DNA of 59,169 bases, counting the filler, from Jimgerdemannia flammicorona (Eukaryota): assembly GCA_003990765.1 (NCBI GenBank). It is 3 parts of 3 records of this genome, joined end to end, with 100 filler letters (N's around TTAATTAATTAA, not from the genome) between each part and the next. Parts side by side here need not be neighbours in the genome. Positions count along the whole stretch, not along the records: positions 19,760 to 39,416 come from RBNJ01001886.1; 2 more parts are not named here. One strand, 5' to 3'. Of this stretch, positions 26,146 through 38,890 are shown one piece after another. The notes under the pieces are model-generated. The model ran no database searches, was not told the origin of the DNA, and saw only the letters and a program-made list of their open reading frames with translations. The position numbers were made by a program, and so were the translations under genes. The first letter of the stretch is position 1. Every line of letters begins with the position of its first letter.

Positions 26146-26990
26146 CATGTGTGTTTTTTTTTTTTTTTTTTTGATTAGATGAGCGACATACTCACCTGTT
26201 GTATACTGTGAATCCTTGCCATCATTGCTGATCTATTAATTCGACTCCCTGCTTGGCTGCTTGCCACAGACAAGGATCTCACAAATACGTCCACTCGGAC
26301 TTGCTGACGACCTTCATTCATTAATAAAATAAATTTTCTAATTCTATTTGATCTGGATATTGCATTCTTGTGAATAAAAAAGGTGATGGGTGGGGGCCAT
26401 AATATGTACTTGCGCAATTTCTTGTGTGCCATTTGCCACACGATCTCTTGGGTGTGCGAACATGTTTTCTGTATGTTGCGTCCCACAGGTCTGCAAATCA
26501 CACATTAGCACAAAATCCCCCGAGCCCGCCAGAACTCTTTCTATTCCGATACAATGGACAGCTAATCATTCCTTCGTCTCACTTCGTCCCTGGTAAATCT
26601 CTGCTAACAATGCTTGATAATAATATCAATGAAAAGTTGGCTGGATATCAAACCAGAGACCAGAGACCGGAGATCACATTTAAATTTCGCAAAGGCTGTG
26701 TAAATTGAGTACCATCGACTTTAACTATGAAATTCACCCTGGCGCTGGCAATGGATGTGGTGATCCACTGTTACGTTTTGCAGAGATTGTTGTATCCGTT
26801 TTAACATGTCCTTTGTCGAAGATAATAAAGGCAGATATGCAGATCGGAGATTTCAAGCATAAGCATGCTATCAGGATCAGGCGCATTGTGACGTACTTTT
26901 GGTGGAACATTATAATTAAATTAATGGTCATGTGATGCAATTATAATATAATACAGCCCCGTCATCTCATTAAGAACGATTACAAAAACC

Positions 26991-29900
26991 ATGTCCGCCC
27001 CAACCCGCCAACAGCGCCTACAGGGCCTACTAGCCCGACTCAAGCCCTTCGAACACCTGCACAGAACCCACCAAACTGAAATATTGGCCTGGAAGAAAGA
27101 TTATTCCGAATACGACCAAGAACTCCGTGCCTGCCTCGACACTTTGGCCGTGCCGCAGCTAGAGCCATACCTTGTCTGGATCCCGCCCGGCGCCCTCGAG
27201 AGTTTTAAACGAATTGCTGTAGGCGGGTTTGCCAAAGTATACCAAACAAGAGTTGTTAGGAAGTCAGCATTGTACCAGGTGGCTGCCAAAGAATTGAAAT
27301 TGTCCATGGTTGAAGTGGTGAGTTTCGGTTGGTGTGAAATATGTAATATCTTCCACACAATATCAATTATCATTAACTTTGCCATGTTTTCATCCCACCA
27401 ATACAGTTAGTCCTGAATGTCTATTTGAGTCGCTGCGGGGAAAATATAAAAAATGTCCCTACAATGGATATTGTTGCTGTATCACAACACCCTGACACCA
27501 AAAAGTATCTGATGATTATGCAATTCGCTGATATCGGTACTCTTGAGAAGCAGCCTTGCGAACATGATGCTGATTGGTATACAGCTTTCACATATGCCAT
27601 AAAACTTGCCAGCCGCTTAGCCAGTCTCCACAATATGGGATTAAGCCATAAGGATCTTCACGCGGGGAACGTAGTATTCCACAAGACTCACACCGCACTC
27701 CTAATCGATGTCGGACTTAGTCAAGCTGTAGAAGATGCAAATTCCGAAAAAGGTGTCTATGGTCGGATGGCATACTTCCCTCCTGAGATTTTAGAGGGAG
27801 AACAATATGAACAGAAATCAGATATCTACTGCTTGGGAATCCTGTTATGGCAGCTGGTCGTCGGCGTCCCACCACAAGCCGATGCATCGACGGCCGTCGC
27901 CAGCAATCCTGATGGCCTTCGAGAGCAGTTGATCCCTGGTGCGCCAACAACGTTCAACGACATCATCCGGAGCTGCTGGCACATGAACCCCAACCAACGA
28001 CCTAGTGCTCTTGAAGTCTACCATCAATTGTTAGAATGCGCAGCCGGTTTAGTCAAGATTTCTTTTGTCTTGCAACCAAATATAGATAATCAAATCTTGG
28101 GAGCGCTTGCTGTTACACCTATGCCATTTTCACTCAAGATGCAGTCGTTCATCGAGGCAAGACGGGCCACCCATCAACAAGAGCTGGAATCTGAAAACAA
28201 CAGCGACATCTTCGACTTTATGGAAGGACCGAGCTCGTACCACACCGGAAGTAAATTTTACACACATTCACAACTCAAACAAATCACCAAAGAACACTCG
28301 CGATCGACGCTTGTCACCCTCATGCAACAACCAAATCAAGGTAGGTAGTATTGCATTTTCTAATCAGCATCCTTTTGTAATATTGACTTATATCACATTA
28401 ATAGTAAAAATCGGAGTTTCTACATTGTTGACATTCTATAGCTAACTGTTGATTTATGCACGATATTTCTCCATTTGTGTTTAGAAAAATACATTGGAAC
28501 AAACCAGAATAGGATCAGTATGTCGTAACATATGAATCTATTTGCTACTGTATTATATAATTAAGCTCATGATCTGTTTATATTTCATTTATCTACAGAA
28601 AGCAGGACTAGTGACAACAGGGCCGGCATTCTAGTTGAGCTTCTGAAGCAGGAAACAACCTCCCATGAGTTAAATATCTCTGGTATGACCAAACAGTGTG
28701 AAATATTATTTTACTGAAAATCAAATTTAGTATCTATGCATACCTGCTAATCCTTTTTATCTTCAGGAAAATACATGGATGACAGAGCAACACGCGCTCT
28801 GATCGATTTTCTGAAGCAGAAAACAAACGTGACCAAGCTCGATCTCAGCCGTGCGTTAGAATCATCTGAATTATTGTGTTTGTAGCTATGATAGGAGCAA
28901 GTTGTGATCGTGTACTCACATCCTATCATCATATTCAGAAAACGGATTCGGCATTCTGTTGGCCCGTGCCTTGTCAGAGTTTCTGAAGCAGAACACAACT
29001 TTGATCACCCTTAATTTTCAAGGTATGTTAGAACTGTGTGAATTGTTGTTTTGATCTGTAATGATGGAATGGACCTCACAATCTGCATGTGTTTACTCAC
29101 TTCCTATTCATCTTTAGTAAACAGTATTGGCGCTGAGGGGGCCGAATGCTTGGCCGATTCTCTGAGACAGAACACGACTTTGACCGAGCTGAATCTCCGC
29201 TGTATGGCAGAACTGTGTGAAGCGTTGTGTCCAGCTGCATGAAGGAACGAAGCTCACGATCTGTACATGTTTGCTCATCCCTTGTTTATTTTAAAGATAA
29301 CAGCATTGGCGACGAGGGGGCACACGTCCTAGCTGGGTCTCTGAAGCAGAACATGACCTTGACCGAGCTGAATCTCAGAGGTATGTCAGATATGTGTGAA
29401 GCATTGTGTGCAGCTGTGTGATGGAATGAAGTTCACGATTTGTGCATGTTCGCTCGTCCCCTGTTTATTTTAAAGATAATAACATTGGCTACGGGGGGGC
29501 ACGCGCCCTAGCCGAGCCTCTAAAGCAGAACACGACCTTGACCGAGTTGAATCTTGGAGGTATGTTAGAATTGTGGGAGCAGCTGCGTGATGGAGTCACG
29601 CTCATAATCTGTACTTGCTCGCTCATCCCCTATTTATTTTAAAGATAATAGCATTGGCCACGAGGGGGCACGCGCCCTAGCCGAGTCTCTGAAGCAGAAT
29701 ACGGCCTTGACCCAGCTGAATCTCGAAAGTAATAACCGTGTCAAGCATTGCGTGCAGCTGCGTGATGGAATGAAGCTCACGATCTATGCTTGTTCGCTCA
29801 TCCCCTTTTTGTTTTAAAGATAATAGCATTGGCGACGAGGGGGCATGCACCCTAGCCGAGTCTCTGAAGCATAACATGAACTTGAACAACCTGAATCTCT

Positions 29901-31992
29901 CCAGTATGTCAGAACTATGTGAAACAGCTGCGTGATGGAATGAGGCTCACGATCTGTGCGTGTTCGCTCATTCCCTGTTCATTCTAAAGGGAATAGTATT
30001 GGTCACGAGGGGGCACGCGTCCTAGCCGAATCTCTGAAGCAGAACACGGCCTTGACCAAGCTGAATCTCTACAGTATGTCAGAACTGTGTAGAAAATTGT
30101 GCGCAGCTGCGAGATGGAATGAAGTTCACGATCTGTGGGTGTTCGCATATCCCCTGTTTATTTTAAAGATAATAGCATAAGCCACGAGGGGACATGCGCC
30201 CTAGCCGAGTCTCTGAAGCAGAACACGACCTTGACCGAGCTGAATCTCGAATGTATGTCGGAACTGTGTGAAGCATTGTGTATAGCTGCGCGATTGAATG
30301 AAGCTCACGATCTGTGCGTGTTCGCTCATCCCCTGTTTATTTTAAAGATAACAGCATTGGCGAAGAGGGGACACGCGCCCTAGCCGAGTCTCTAAAGCAA
30401 AACTCGAACTTGACCAACTTGAATCTCTCCAGTATGTCAGAACTATGTGAAGCAGTTGCGTGATGGAATAGAGCTCACGATAAATGTGCGTTTGCTCATT
30501 CCCTGTTCATTTTAAAGGGAATAGCATTGGCCACGATGGGGCACGCGTCCTAGGCGAGTCTCTGAAGCAGAACACGGCCTTGGCCAAGCTGAATCTCTAC
30601 AGTATGTCAGCACTGTATAAAGCATTGTGTGCAGTTGTGAGATGGAATGAAGCTCACGAACTGTGCGTGTTCACTTATCCCTTGTTATTTTAAAGACAAT
30701 AGCATTGGCGACGAGGGGGCACGTGTTCTAACTGAGTCTCTGAAGCAGAACACGACCTTGACCGAGCTGAATCTCGAATGTATGTCAGAACTGTGTGAAG
30801 TATTGGGTGCAGCTGCGTGATTGAGTGAAGTTCACGATCTGTGCGTGTTCGCTCATCCCCCGTTTGTTTTAAAGATAATATCATTGATGAAGAGGTGGCG
30901 CGCGCCCTAGCCGAGTCTCTGAAGCAGAACACCAACTTGGCCAAACTGAATCTCTCTAGTATGTCAGAACTATGTGAAACAGCTGCGTGATGGAATGAAG
31001 CTCACAATCTGCTCATTCCCTGCTCATTTTAAAGGGAATAGCATTGGCCACGAGGGGGCACGCGTCCTAGCCGAGTCTTTAAAGCAGAACGCGACCTTGA
31101 CCAAGCTGAATTTCTATAGTATGCCAGAACTGCATAACGCATTGTGTGCGGCTGCGTGATGGAATGAAGCTCAAAATCTGTACGTGTTCGCTCATCCCCT
31201 GTATACTTAAAGACAATAGAATTGGCGACGAGGGGGCACGCGCTCTAGCCGAGGCTCTGAAGCAGAACACGACCTTGACCGAGTTGAATCTCGGAGGTAT
31301 GTTAAAACTGTGAGAAGCATTGTGTGCAGCTGCGTAATGGAATGAGGCTCACGATCTGTGCATGTTCGCTCATTCCCTCTTCATTTTAAAGATAATAGCA
31401 TTAGCCACGAGGGGGCACGCGCCCTAGCCGAGTCTCTGAAGCAGAACACGACCTTGACCAAGTTGAATCTCTCCTGTACGTCAGAACTGTGTGAAGCATT
31501 GTTGCAGCTGCGTGATGGAATGAAGCTCAAAATCTTTTCGTGTTCGCTCAACCCCTGCCTATTTTAAAGGTAATAGCATTGGCCACGAGGGGGCACGCGC
31601 CATAGTCGAGTCTCTGAAGCAGAATACGGCTTTGACCGAGCTGAATCTCGGAAGTATGTTAGAACTGCGTGAAGCATTTTGTGCTGCGTGATGGAATGAA
31701 GCTCGCGATCTGTCCGTGTTCGCTCATCCCCTGTTTATTTTTAAGATAACAATATTGGAAACAAGGGAGCACGTGCCCTAACCGAGTCTCTGAAGCAGAA
31801 CACGACCTTTACCAAGCTGAATCTCGAAGGTATGTCAGAACTGTGTGAAGCATTGTGTGCTTCTGCGTGATGATGAAGATCACGATGTGTATGTATTCCC
31901 TCCTCCTCCATTCATCTTCAGATAATAAAATCAACAGCGAGGCAATCAGCACTCCAACCCAGTCTCTGAAACAGTGTAAACTGTTATTGTAG
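26991..31992 (+). CDS. Cytosolic TKL-like protein kinase fused to RI-like (NLRC3/NOD-type) leucine-rich repeats; 23 exons, predicted 986 aa
   Basis: Exons 26991-27317, 27407-28340, 28485-28517, then nineteen 84-bp exons starting at 28599, 28767, 28939, 29118, 29297, 29476, 29645, 29820, 29990, 30169, 30348, 30518, 30696, 30875, 31035, 31213, 31392, 31570 and 31746, and a last exon 31922-31992. Total 2961 nt, open. Kinase motifs GGFAKVY, VAAK, HKDLHAGN, DVG, YFPPE, SDIYCLG. LRR consensus xNSIGxEGARALAESLKQNTTLTxLNLx. Confidence 0.92.
28599..31975 (+). repeat. Tandem exon-plus-intron array (~170-179-bp unit)
   Basis: Each unit is an 84-bp LRR exon plus a 76-95-bp intron (GTATGTCAGAACTGTGTGAAGC...GCTCACGATCTG...GCTCATCCCCTGTTTATTTTAAAG). 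Confidence 0.95.
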
Positions 31993-32868
31993 ATTTGAGA
32001 AAAATATTTTCAATCAAGAGCTTATAGCTAACCTTTAGTGAATGACCATATATCTTATGTTGCTACTATGCACGGACAAATTTGCATTTATATTTTGTAT
32101 ATGTTATAAAAATACAATTTTTTATTTCATAACAATTGGAATCGTATTCGGCGCGTCAACATTTTATGATGCCAATACATTCATACCAGGGTTGTGATGC
32201 TACCAAGCCAAATTGGAAAGTCCGAGCTTGATGTGCGGTCTGAAAAACATGAAGCTCCAATCCTTGTTCACAGATTTAAAAAAAAAAAAAAAAATGATGG
32301 AAAAGTTATGCCTTCTGATTGAGGAGCCACCTGGCATTCTCGCATGTTAGTAATACCATTTGGTCGTGCTTTATGTTAGGATAATTTGGACACAACATAA
32401 GAGTTGACGTCCATCAAACATACAGAAGAGACAATCTCTGGATGACAAAACAAGCATCGATCTACATTTAACGTGAGTCCCTAATATTTAGCTGCTATTG
32501 GACAGATCCAAAAAATATCGGGTCCTGATGACCACCTGGCCATCGATCTCGTGATCACTTCCTTGACACTCGTTCTCGCTTTTTGAGGTAACTCTGCTTC
32601 TGTGATTCGGATGAATGCTCATTTGAAAATTATTACTACGCTTACAGGCTGACACCAGCTCACCTGAATATGCAACTTAATAAAAATATCTCCTTTCACT
32701 TCATCTGAATTTCCATTATTTACAACAAAGGTTACATATGACCTCTGATAGTAGTTAGAAAAGACCGCTAGTATATATGCTATATATACTGCATCTACTC
32801 ATATGATTAAAATCCAATAATCTCTATATATAAACACAAGTGTGCTAAATACAAATACTATAATAATA

Positions 32869-33130
32869 ATGTCTAAGCATATCATCAAGAAGTTTAATAG
32901 AAATAACTATAAAGTATATATAGATAATCTATATAATAAACATTCTTTAAGAAGTGTGGACTAAAGAAGTATGTCCTTAAAGTTTAAATTAGAGACCCAA
33001 ATTACAGAGATGACAAAAATTAGAAAGCTCTTACTGAAACTATCTTCACTCTATTAGATTTATAATTATAAATTATAATAAATATCAAAATAGTATATAA
33101 AGTATAAATATACTCAGGAGATATCATCTA
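32869..33130 (+). mobile_element. Possible Ty1/copia gag remnant
   Basis: MSKHIIKKFNRNNYKVY resembles the copia Gag N-terminal KF.G.NY..W motif. Heavily eroded. Confidence 0.3.
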
Positions 33131-33523
33131 TATAATGGTATATATTGTAATGGTGATCTCAGAATAGTGACATCATTACAGGAGACAGTTATTTCTTACA
33201 AACCACCAGATCAGAGCATAAGAAGATTATATGGCATGACTCACCCAGACTATAAGATAAGTAATAATGACTAACTATGTATAAGTCATCATGACCACAA
33301 GATAGACATCTTAAGAAATATAAAAGAAGGACTAAGGAACTACAGTAGCAGCAACTCAAACAAGATTTACAAAATCCAAAATAGCTCAAAGAGTTACTAT
33401 AAATAAAATATCTGCTATCTGCCAAATCCTAAGGTCTAGGAACTATCAAGGATTCTTAGTCTAAGAAAGAATGTTTCAAGATATCAGAAGAGCTATGAGG
33501 ACTTATACAAGAAGGACTCCTAG

Positions 33524-36500
33524 TGTAACAGTTCTAGTTTCTTTAAGAGGAAGTGGCTAAATCTGGAAGTTCTAGTTGGCCTAAAGTAGCTTGAAGAGAT
33601 ACTTAAAGGTTTAAGTATTCTTGAAGGATTTCTAGAAGAAAATATTCTGAGCTTTATTTAGGCAGAGAATAAGAATATTTATATATAATCTGAAAGAAAG
33701 ATTCAGAAAGATCTTGGAAAGAAAGAGAAATGCCAAGAAATAGGTTCTTGACAAAACTGACTAATACTATTCTACAATGTTCTAAAAGGTTCCATGACTA
33801 GCTAAGATAAGATACTTGATATCAAGGAAAGATAAGAATGTTCTAATAGTGTCTGGGTGCTGAGAGAAGATTTCTAAGCAAGTAGAAGATAGCAGAATAT
33901 GGTAGAATATTAAAGAAATGACAAGAAAAGACTAATTAAAAGACATGAAAATATACTAAGACTAAATATAACTGTGAAATTGTTACATCCCTCTCTCTTT
34001 AAGAACCAATATTCTCATTGAATTCTTAGATAACATAAGACTAGATATACTTAACTAAAATTTCTCAAACTTATATCAGTATATTGATAGAGATTGACCA
34101 TCCTTACATAGGGCAGAGGACCTATTACCAGACTAATCAACTGAGAGGAATTCAAATCCAGCTAGTAGCTTCATTTCAATAGACTTCTTATTTATTAAAT
34201 ATTCTGCTAGTTCTGGAGTCTTAAAGTAAACTTCCAATACATAAGACACTAGTTATTATCATAGGTTGTTGATAATCTAAGAAAGTCACTACAGAGATTG
34301 GACAATGCATTTTGCCTCAAAGTCTTAAACTAGATCTTGAGAGTTCTTGAGATTGATCAGTAGTTCTCAGGTAGTATCATATTCTGAGTAACCCATCTAC
34401 TTGACTAGGTATTCAGGATAGCAGTAGTGGATTTATTTATTAAGAATTTTCTCAGCTTCATACTCAATATAATCTTCAATAATCACAGGGGCAGAAGGCT
34501 TAGAAATTTGACCAGAGTAGGGTGGTGACGGGTTTCAGGTCTTAAGGTATGATATATAAAAGACTGGATATACTCTTATAGTTTCAGATAGCTTGAGGCA
34601 GTAGGAGGATGCAGAGACTTGTTCAGTAATATTGAAAGGTCCAATATACTTAGATTGGAACTTGTTTGAAGAGTAGTTAACTTGAGATTGTATCTTGAGG
34701 TTCTCAGTAGATAGTAGAACTTGATCTCCAATAGTGTAAGTGATATATATCATGGTATTTCTTGTTAGCATACTTGGCTTGATGCTGTTGAGCCTTCTGA
34801 AGATTCATAGTAGCAATCTTGAGTAGTTTGTCTATTTTGTCTATAAGGTTCTTGATAGTTGGGACTTATATTTGACTGCTTTTCTTGAAAGAAAATAAAC
34901 TTGCAGAGATCTCAGGATCTTAACTGTAGAGTAACCAGAAAGGGAAAAGACCAGTTGATAATTGAATAGTATTGTTATATACAAACTCTGTATAAGTCAG
35001 ATAGTGGTCTCAATCATCTTACTCATAAGAAATATAGTTTCTAAGTATTTGTTCTAGAGTTCTGTTCATGTGCTTGGTTTGTCTATCAGTTTGTGGGTGA
35101 AAGGTAGTAAATATAGCCAATTAAGTTCCCAGGGTCTTAAAGAGAGTTTGCCAGAAGTAACTGGTGAACTTGGGGTCACAATTACTGATATTACTCATAG
35201 TAGACCATAGTGATGGAAGATGGACTTGAAGAAGATTCTTACAATCTTGGGTGCAGTAGTATTGGTGGTAGTTGGTTCAGCAACTATAGTCTTGGTCAGG
35301 CAGTCAATGAATATAATGATAGCATCAGTACCAGATTGGATTTATGGTAGTTGAGTTATAAAGTCCATAGTAACTTGATTGAATTTCTTAGTGAGAATTG
35401 GCAGTAGTTGTAGCAAACTGGCTGGTACTTGGTTGGTAGCCTTGTTGCACTGATATATATCACAGCTAGTAATATAGTTCTTGATTTTCTTGACCATGCT
35501 TGGCCAATAGTAGCAGTATTGAATGTTCTTAACAGTCTTTCCAATTTCCAGATAACCAGCAAGAGGGGAGTCATAGTGTTCTTATAAAACCTTGTAGTAT
35601 AGGTTTATGTTTTTAGATAGGTAGACTTGATCTTGATGATAGATCAGATTGTTCTCAACAGTATATGTATGTATCCTTGAGCTCATTTGAGAAAACTCTA
35701 GTGGCAACTATGTCTTCTTTATAAGCTTGTCTAATTTGGTCTAGAAATTCTGATACCAAGGTGACCTGTATGATTGTGGTGAGATCTGAGTATGTTGATA
35801 AGGTATCTAGTACTACAAGTATCTTACCAGGCTTGTAGATAATTATTGGGTTGAAGGTTTGAAGCTTGAGGCTCTACTTAGCTTATAGATATGACAGGGT
35901 AAATTGGGTGTTAATATACTTGAGGAATTGATGATCAGTAATGATATCAAACTCAACACCTTCTAGATAACATCACCAGTAGTTTAGTGTATATATTATT
36001 GCCAGTAGTTCCTTCTCGTGAGTGGCTAGCTTTTGTTTAGCTGTGGCCAACTTATAGGACTCGAAAGCAATAGAACAATGTTCTTTGCTATCATCTTATA
36101 ACAGAACTGCTCTAATGACAAAATTCAATATATCAGTGGTAACTATAAATTTTAGACCTTGATCTGTATTACATAGGACTGGAGCATGGGTCATGGTTCT
36201 TAAGTTCTTGAAAGGCTTATTGACAGAAGAGGTCTCAGATATAGGGTATATAGTGGTCTGAGTGTGGGGCCTTTCTCATGAGGTTAGTCAATAACTTAGT
36301 GATATCAGAGAAGTTTCTGATAAAGTGGCAGTAGTAGTCAGCTAAACCAAGGAAGGACCAGAGTTCTGTGAGATTTGATAGAATAGACTATTCTTCAATT
36401 ACTTCTATCTTTTGTGGGTCTACTTGAATTCCTTGTGCAGAGACAATGTAGCCAAGATATTCGACTTGTTCCTTGAAGAATTCATACTTCTTAAGCTTGG

Positions 36501-38890
36501 TATAAAGCTTGTATTTTTGTAGGATCTCCAGGACTATTTGAATGTATTTAAGATATTCTTCTTTAGTTGCACTAAAGATCAGGATGTCTTCAAGATATAC
36601 CAACAGGAAAATAAATAGTTAGTTCTTGAATATCTTGTTCATCAGGGTCTGGATGTGATAGGTACATTGGTGAGACCAAATGCTAAGACCAGGAATTCAT
36701 AGAGTCTAAAGGGAATCATGAATGCAGTCTTAGGAATGTCTTCTAGCTTGATTCAAATCTGGTGGTATTCTGACATGAGGTCTAACTTAGTGAAGTACTT
36801 GACATTCTTAAGAGCATCAAAGATTTGATCAATTAAGGGTAGCAGATAGCAGTTCTTGATAGTGAGTTCATTGAGTATATATGTAATAGTCTATACATAT
36901 TCACAAGATACTATTCTTTTTCTTGATGAATAAGACTGGTGAGTCATAAGGAGATTTACTTGGCTGAATGGCTCCTCATGCAAGTAGTTCTTCTAGTTTC
37001 TTCTTAACTACTTCAATTTTGAGTGGCAATATACAGTATATGTATTTTTTGGATAGCATAGCTCCTGGAGTCAGTTTGATTTCATGATCAACTTCTTGTG
37101 TAGGTGGTAGACCAGGTAGCTTGTCTGGAAAGACATCCTTGAATTCTTCTAGCAGTAACTTGATACTTTTATTAACTAATAGTCTCTTGTCTTATTTCTT
37201 GGGATAGATCATTATAATAAAGGTATGTATTGCCTTCTTGAGTACTCTCTTATACTGTATAGCTGACAGTATTGCAATCTGGGTCTTGCTCATGGTCTTG
37301 TCTGTCTTGGTAGTGATATTGGCTCTATCTTGAAGTAGAGTGACTTCATTCTTATATCAATCAATATCTGGGTTGTATTTTGTAAGTCAGGGTTTTCCTA
37401 AGATCAGGTCATAATCTCTTAGTAGTGCAACCTTGAAGTCTACTTATTCCCAATATTTCTGGATCTTGATGGGTAGTTTGGTGATAATTGACTCAATGGG
37501 GTGCAGAGTGCTATCTGTAGTAACTATACTATTATTCTTGAGTATAGACTTGGTAAGAATCTTGAGGCTTTTAATGAGATTCTGATTGATGAAGTTCCCT
37601 GCAGCTCTGCTGTCTATGAGTACTTGAACTTCTTTTCCTTTAACTAGGTCTTTGAAAATGAGCATAGCTTGAGCTCAATTTTCACTAAGACTTACTGCTT
37701 GATCAGTGTTGCTAAAATCTTTTTGATCTTATTTGGTCTCAGAGAGTTCTTGGACTTCTGTAATCTTGAGTTACCTGGCTTTTTCTAGGATCATTTGCAT
37801 GACTTGGTCTCCTTCCTTGACTGTGTAGTCTTGATCCTTCTGGTTGATAAGTAGAACTTAAACTTGTCCTCGAAAGTCTAGGTCAATGATACCAGTACCT
37901 ATATCTAAATAATGTTTGATACTGAGTCCTGATTATAGTACAATTCTGGCATAATGTCCTTCAGAACATTGAACTGCAATTCCAGTAGGTACTAGAGTTT
38001 GACCCTTGACTAGAATAGTGACTTGTTTGACTGAGTGTAGGTTAAGACCAATAGCTCCTTCTATTTGATATTAAGAGGTCTGAGCCCTCAAATGAAGCTT
38101 CTTGATCTTGAGCTTGGATTGACTGATAGTAGGGTTGACAGATATATCTTTGGACAACATGGTGACTGGTCTTGAGGGTTCACTAGTCATCTTAGGACAT
38201 TTGATTACAATGTGTCGACAGAAGAAATAGGCTCCAGATTTCTTTAGACAGTCCTTTTCTTCAGAGGTAAGCTTGGTGTTCTTTTTGTTCATGGTGTCTA
38301 GATCTATTGGTACCAGGCCAACTGTCCTTGGTTGGTTCTTGTGGCAGTTCTTGAAGTGGTTCTTCTTGCAGTATTCTGGTTCAAAGTGGTTACCAAAAGT
38401 GATGACATCAAATCTATTAGCAATTCTTATGGCTTTATCAAGGTTTTTGGGCTCTTCTAGCTCAACCTTAACTCTTGTATTTCCCTTCAGACCTCAGACA
38501 TAGCAGTCTATCTTTTCATCCTCAGATATTGCTGGTAGCTTGAGTAGGATTGACAAGAATTATACATTGTAGCTTTATATAGACTTGAGTTACTTAATAT
38601 TTGCTAGCTTGTCTCTAGCTAGTTTGGTAGTATTAGTAGGCTTGAACTACTTGTGAAGGGCTCTCTTGAAGGCTTCCCAGTCATGCATATGAGTGTACAG
38701 AGGTAACCATGATATAATTGCACTACCAGATAGTTGTATTTCCTCAGAGAAGTGTGGTGGCATATTAGACTTACATGTCTTCTTCCATTCTTATGAGCTC
38801 AAAGTATTGGTCTAACTGGAAGGTCTATACATCTGTAGATAGTCCTCCTCAATGGCTGTCAAAGGTATCTGGTTTGAGTGACAACTCTAG
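33524..38890 (-). mobile_element. Degenerate Ty3/gypsy chromovirus: gag, dUTPase, PR, RT, RNase H, IN, chromodomain, PPT, 3' LTR (33524-33987); 5' LTR absent
   Basis: Gag KPDTFD..FQLDQYF and a decayed zinc knuckle (GAYFFCRHIVIKCP); PR VLIDSRAAGNFI; RT VYLEDILIFS, YLGYIVSAQGIQVDP; IN and chromodomain colinear with 304-1592; LTR TGTAAC...GTTACA next to the PPT. Confidence 0.95.
37698..38112 (-). pseudogene. dUTPase domain of the gypsy polyprotein
   Basis: LKIKKLH..AQT..YQIEGAIGLNL..VPTGIAVQ..GHYARIVL*SGLSIKH.LDIGTGIIDLDFRGQV*VLL..KEGDQVMQMILEK..ETK*DQKDFSNTD. All five dUTPase motifs are recognisable after reverting transitions. Confidence 0.9.

Noticed and set aside
28599..31975. CRISPR-like or non-coding satellite; also the many short ORF-track entries here
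   Set aside because: The units are GT-AG-bounded coding exons of one gene. The listed ORFs are exon-plus-intron read-throughs.
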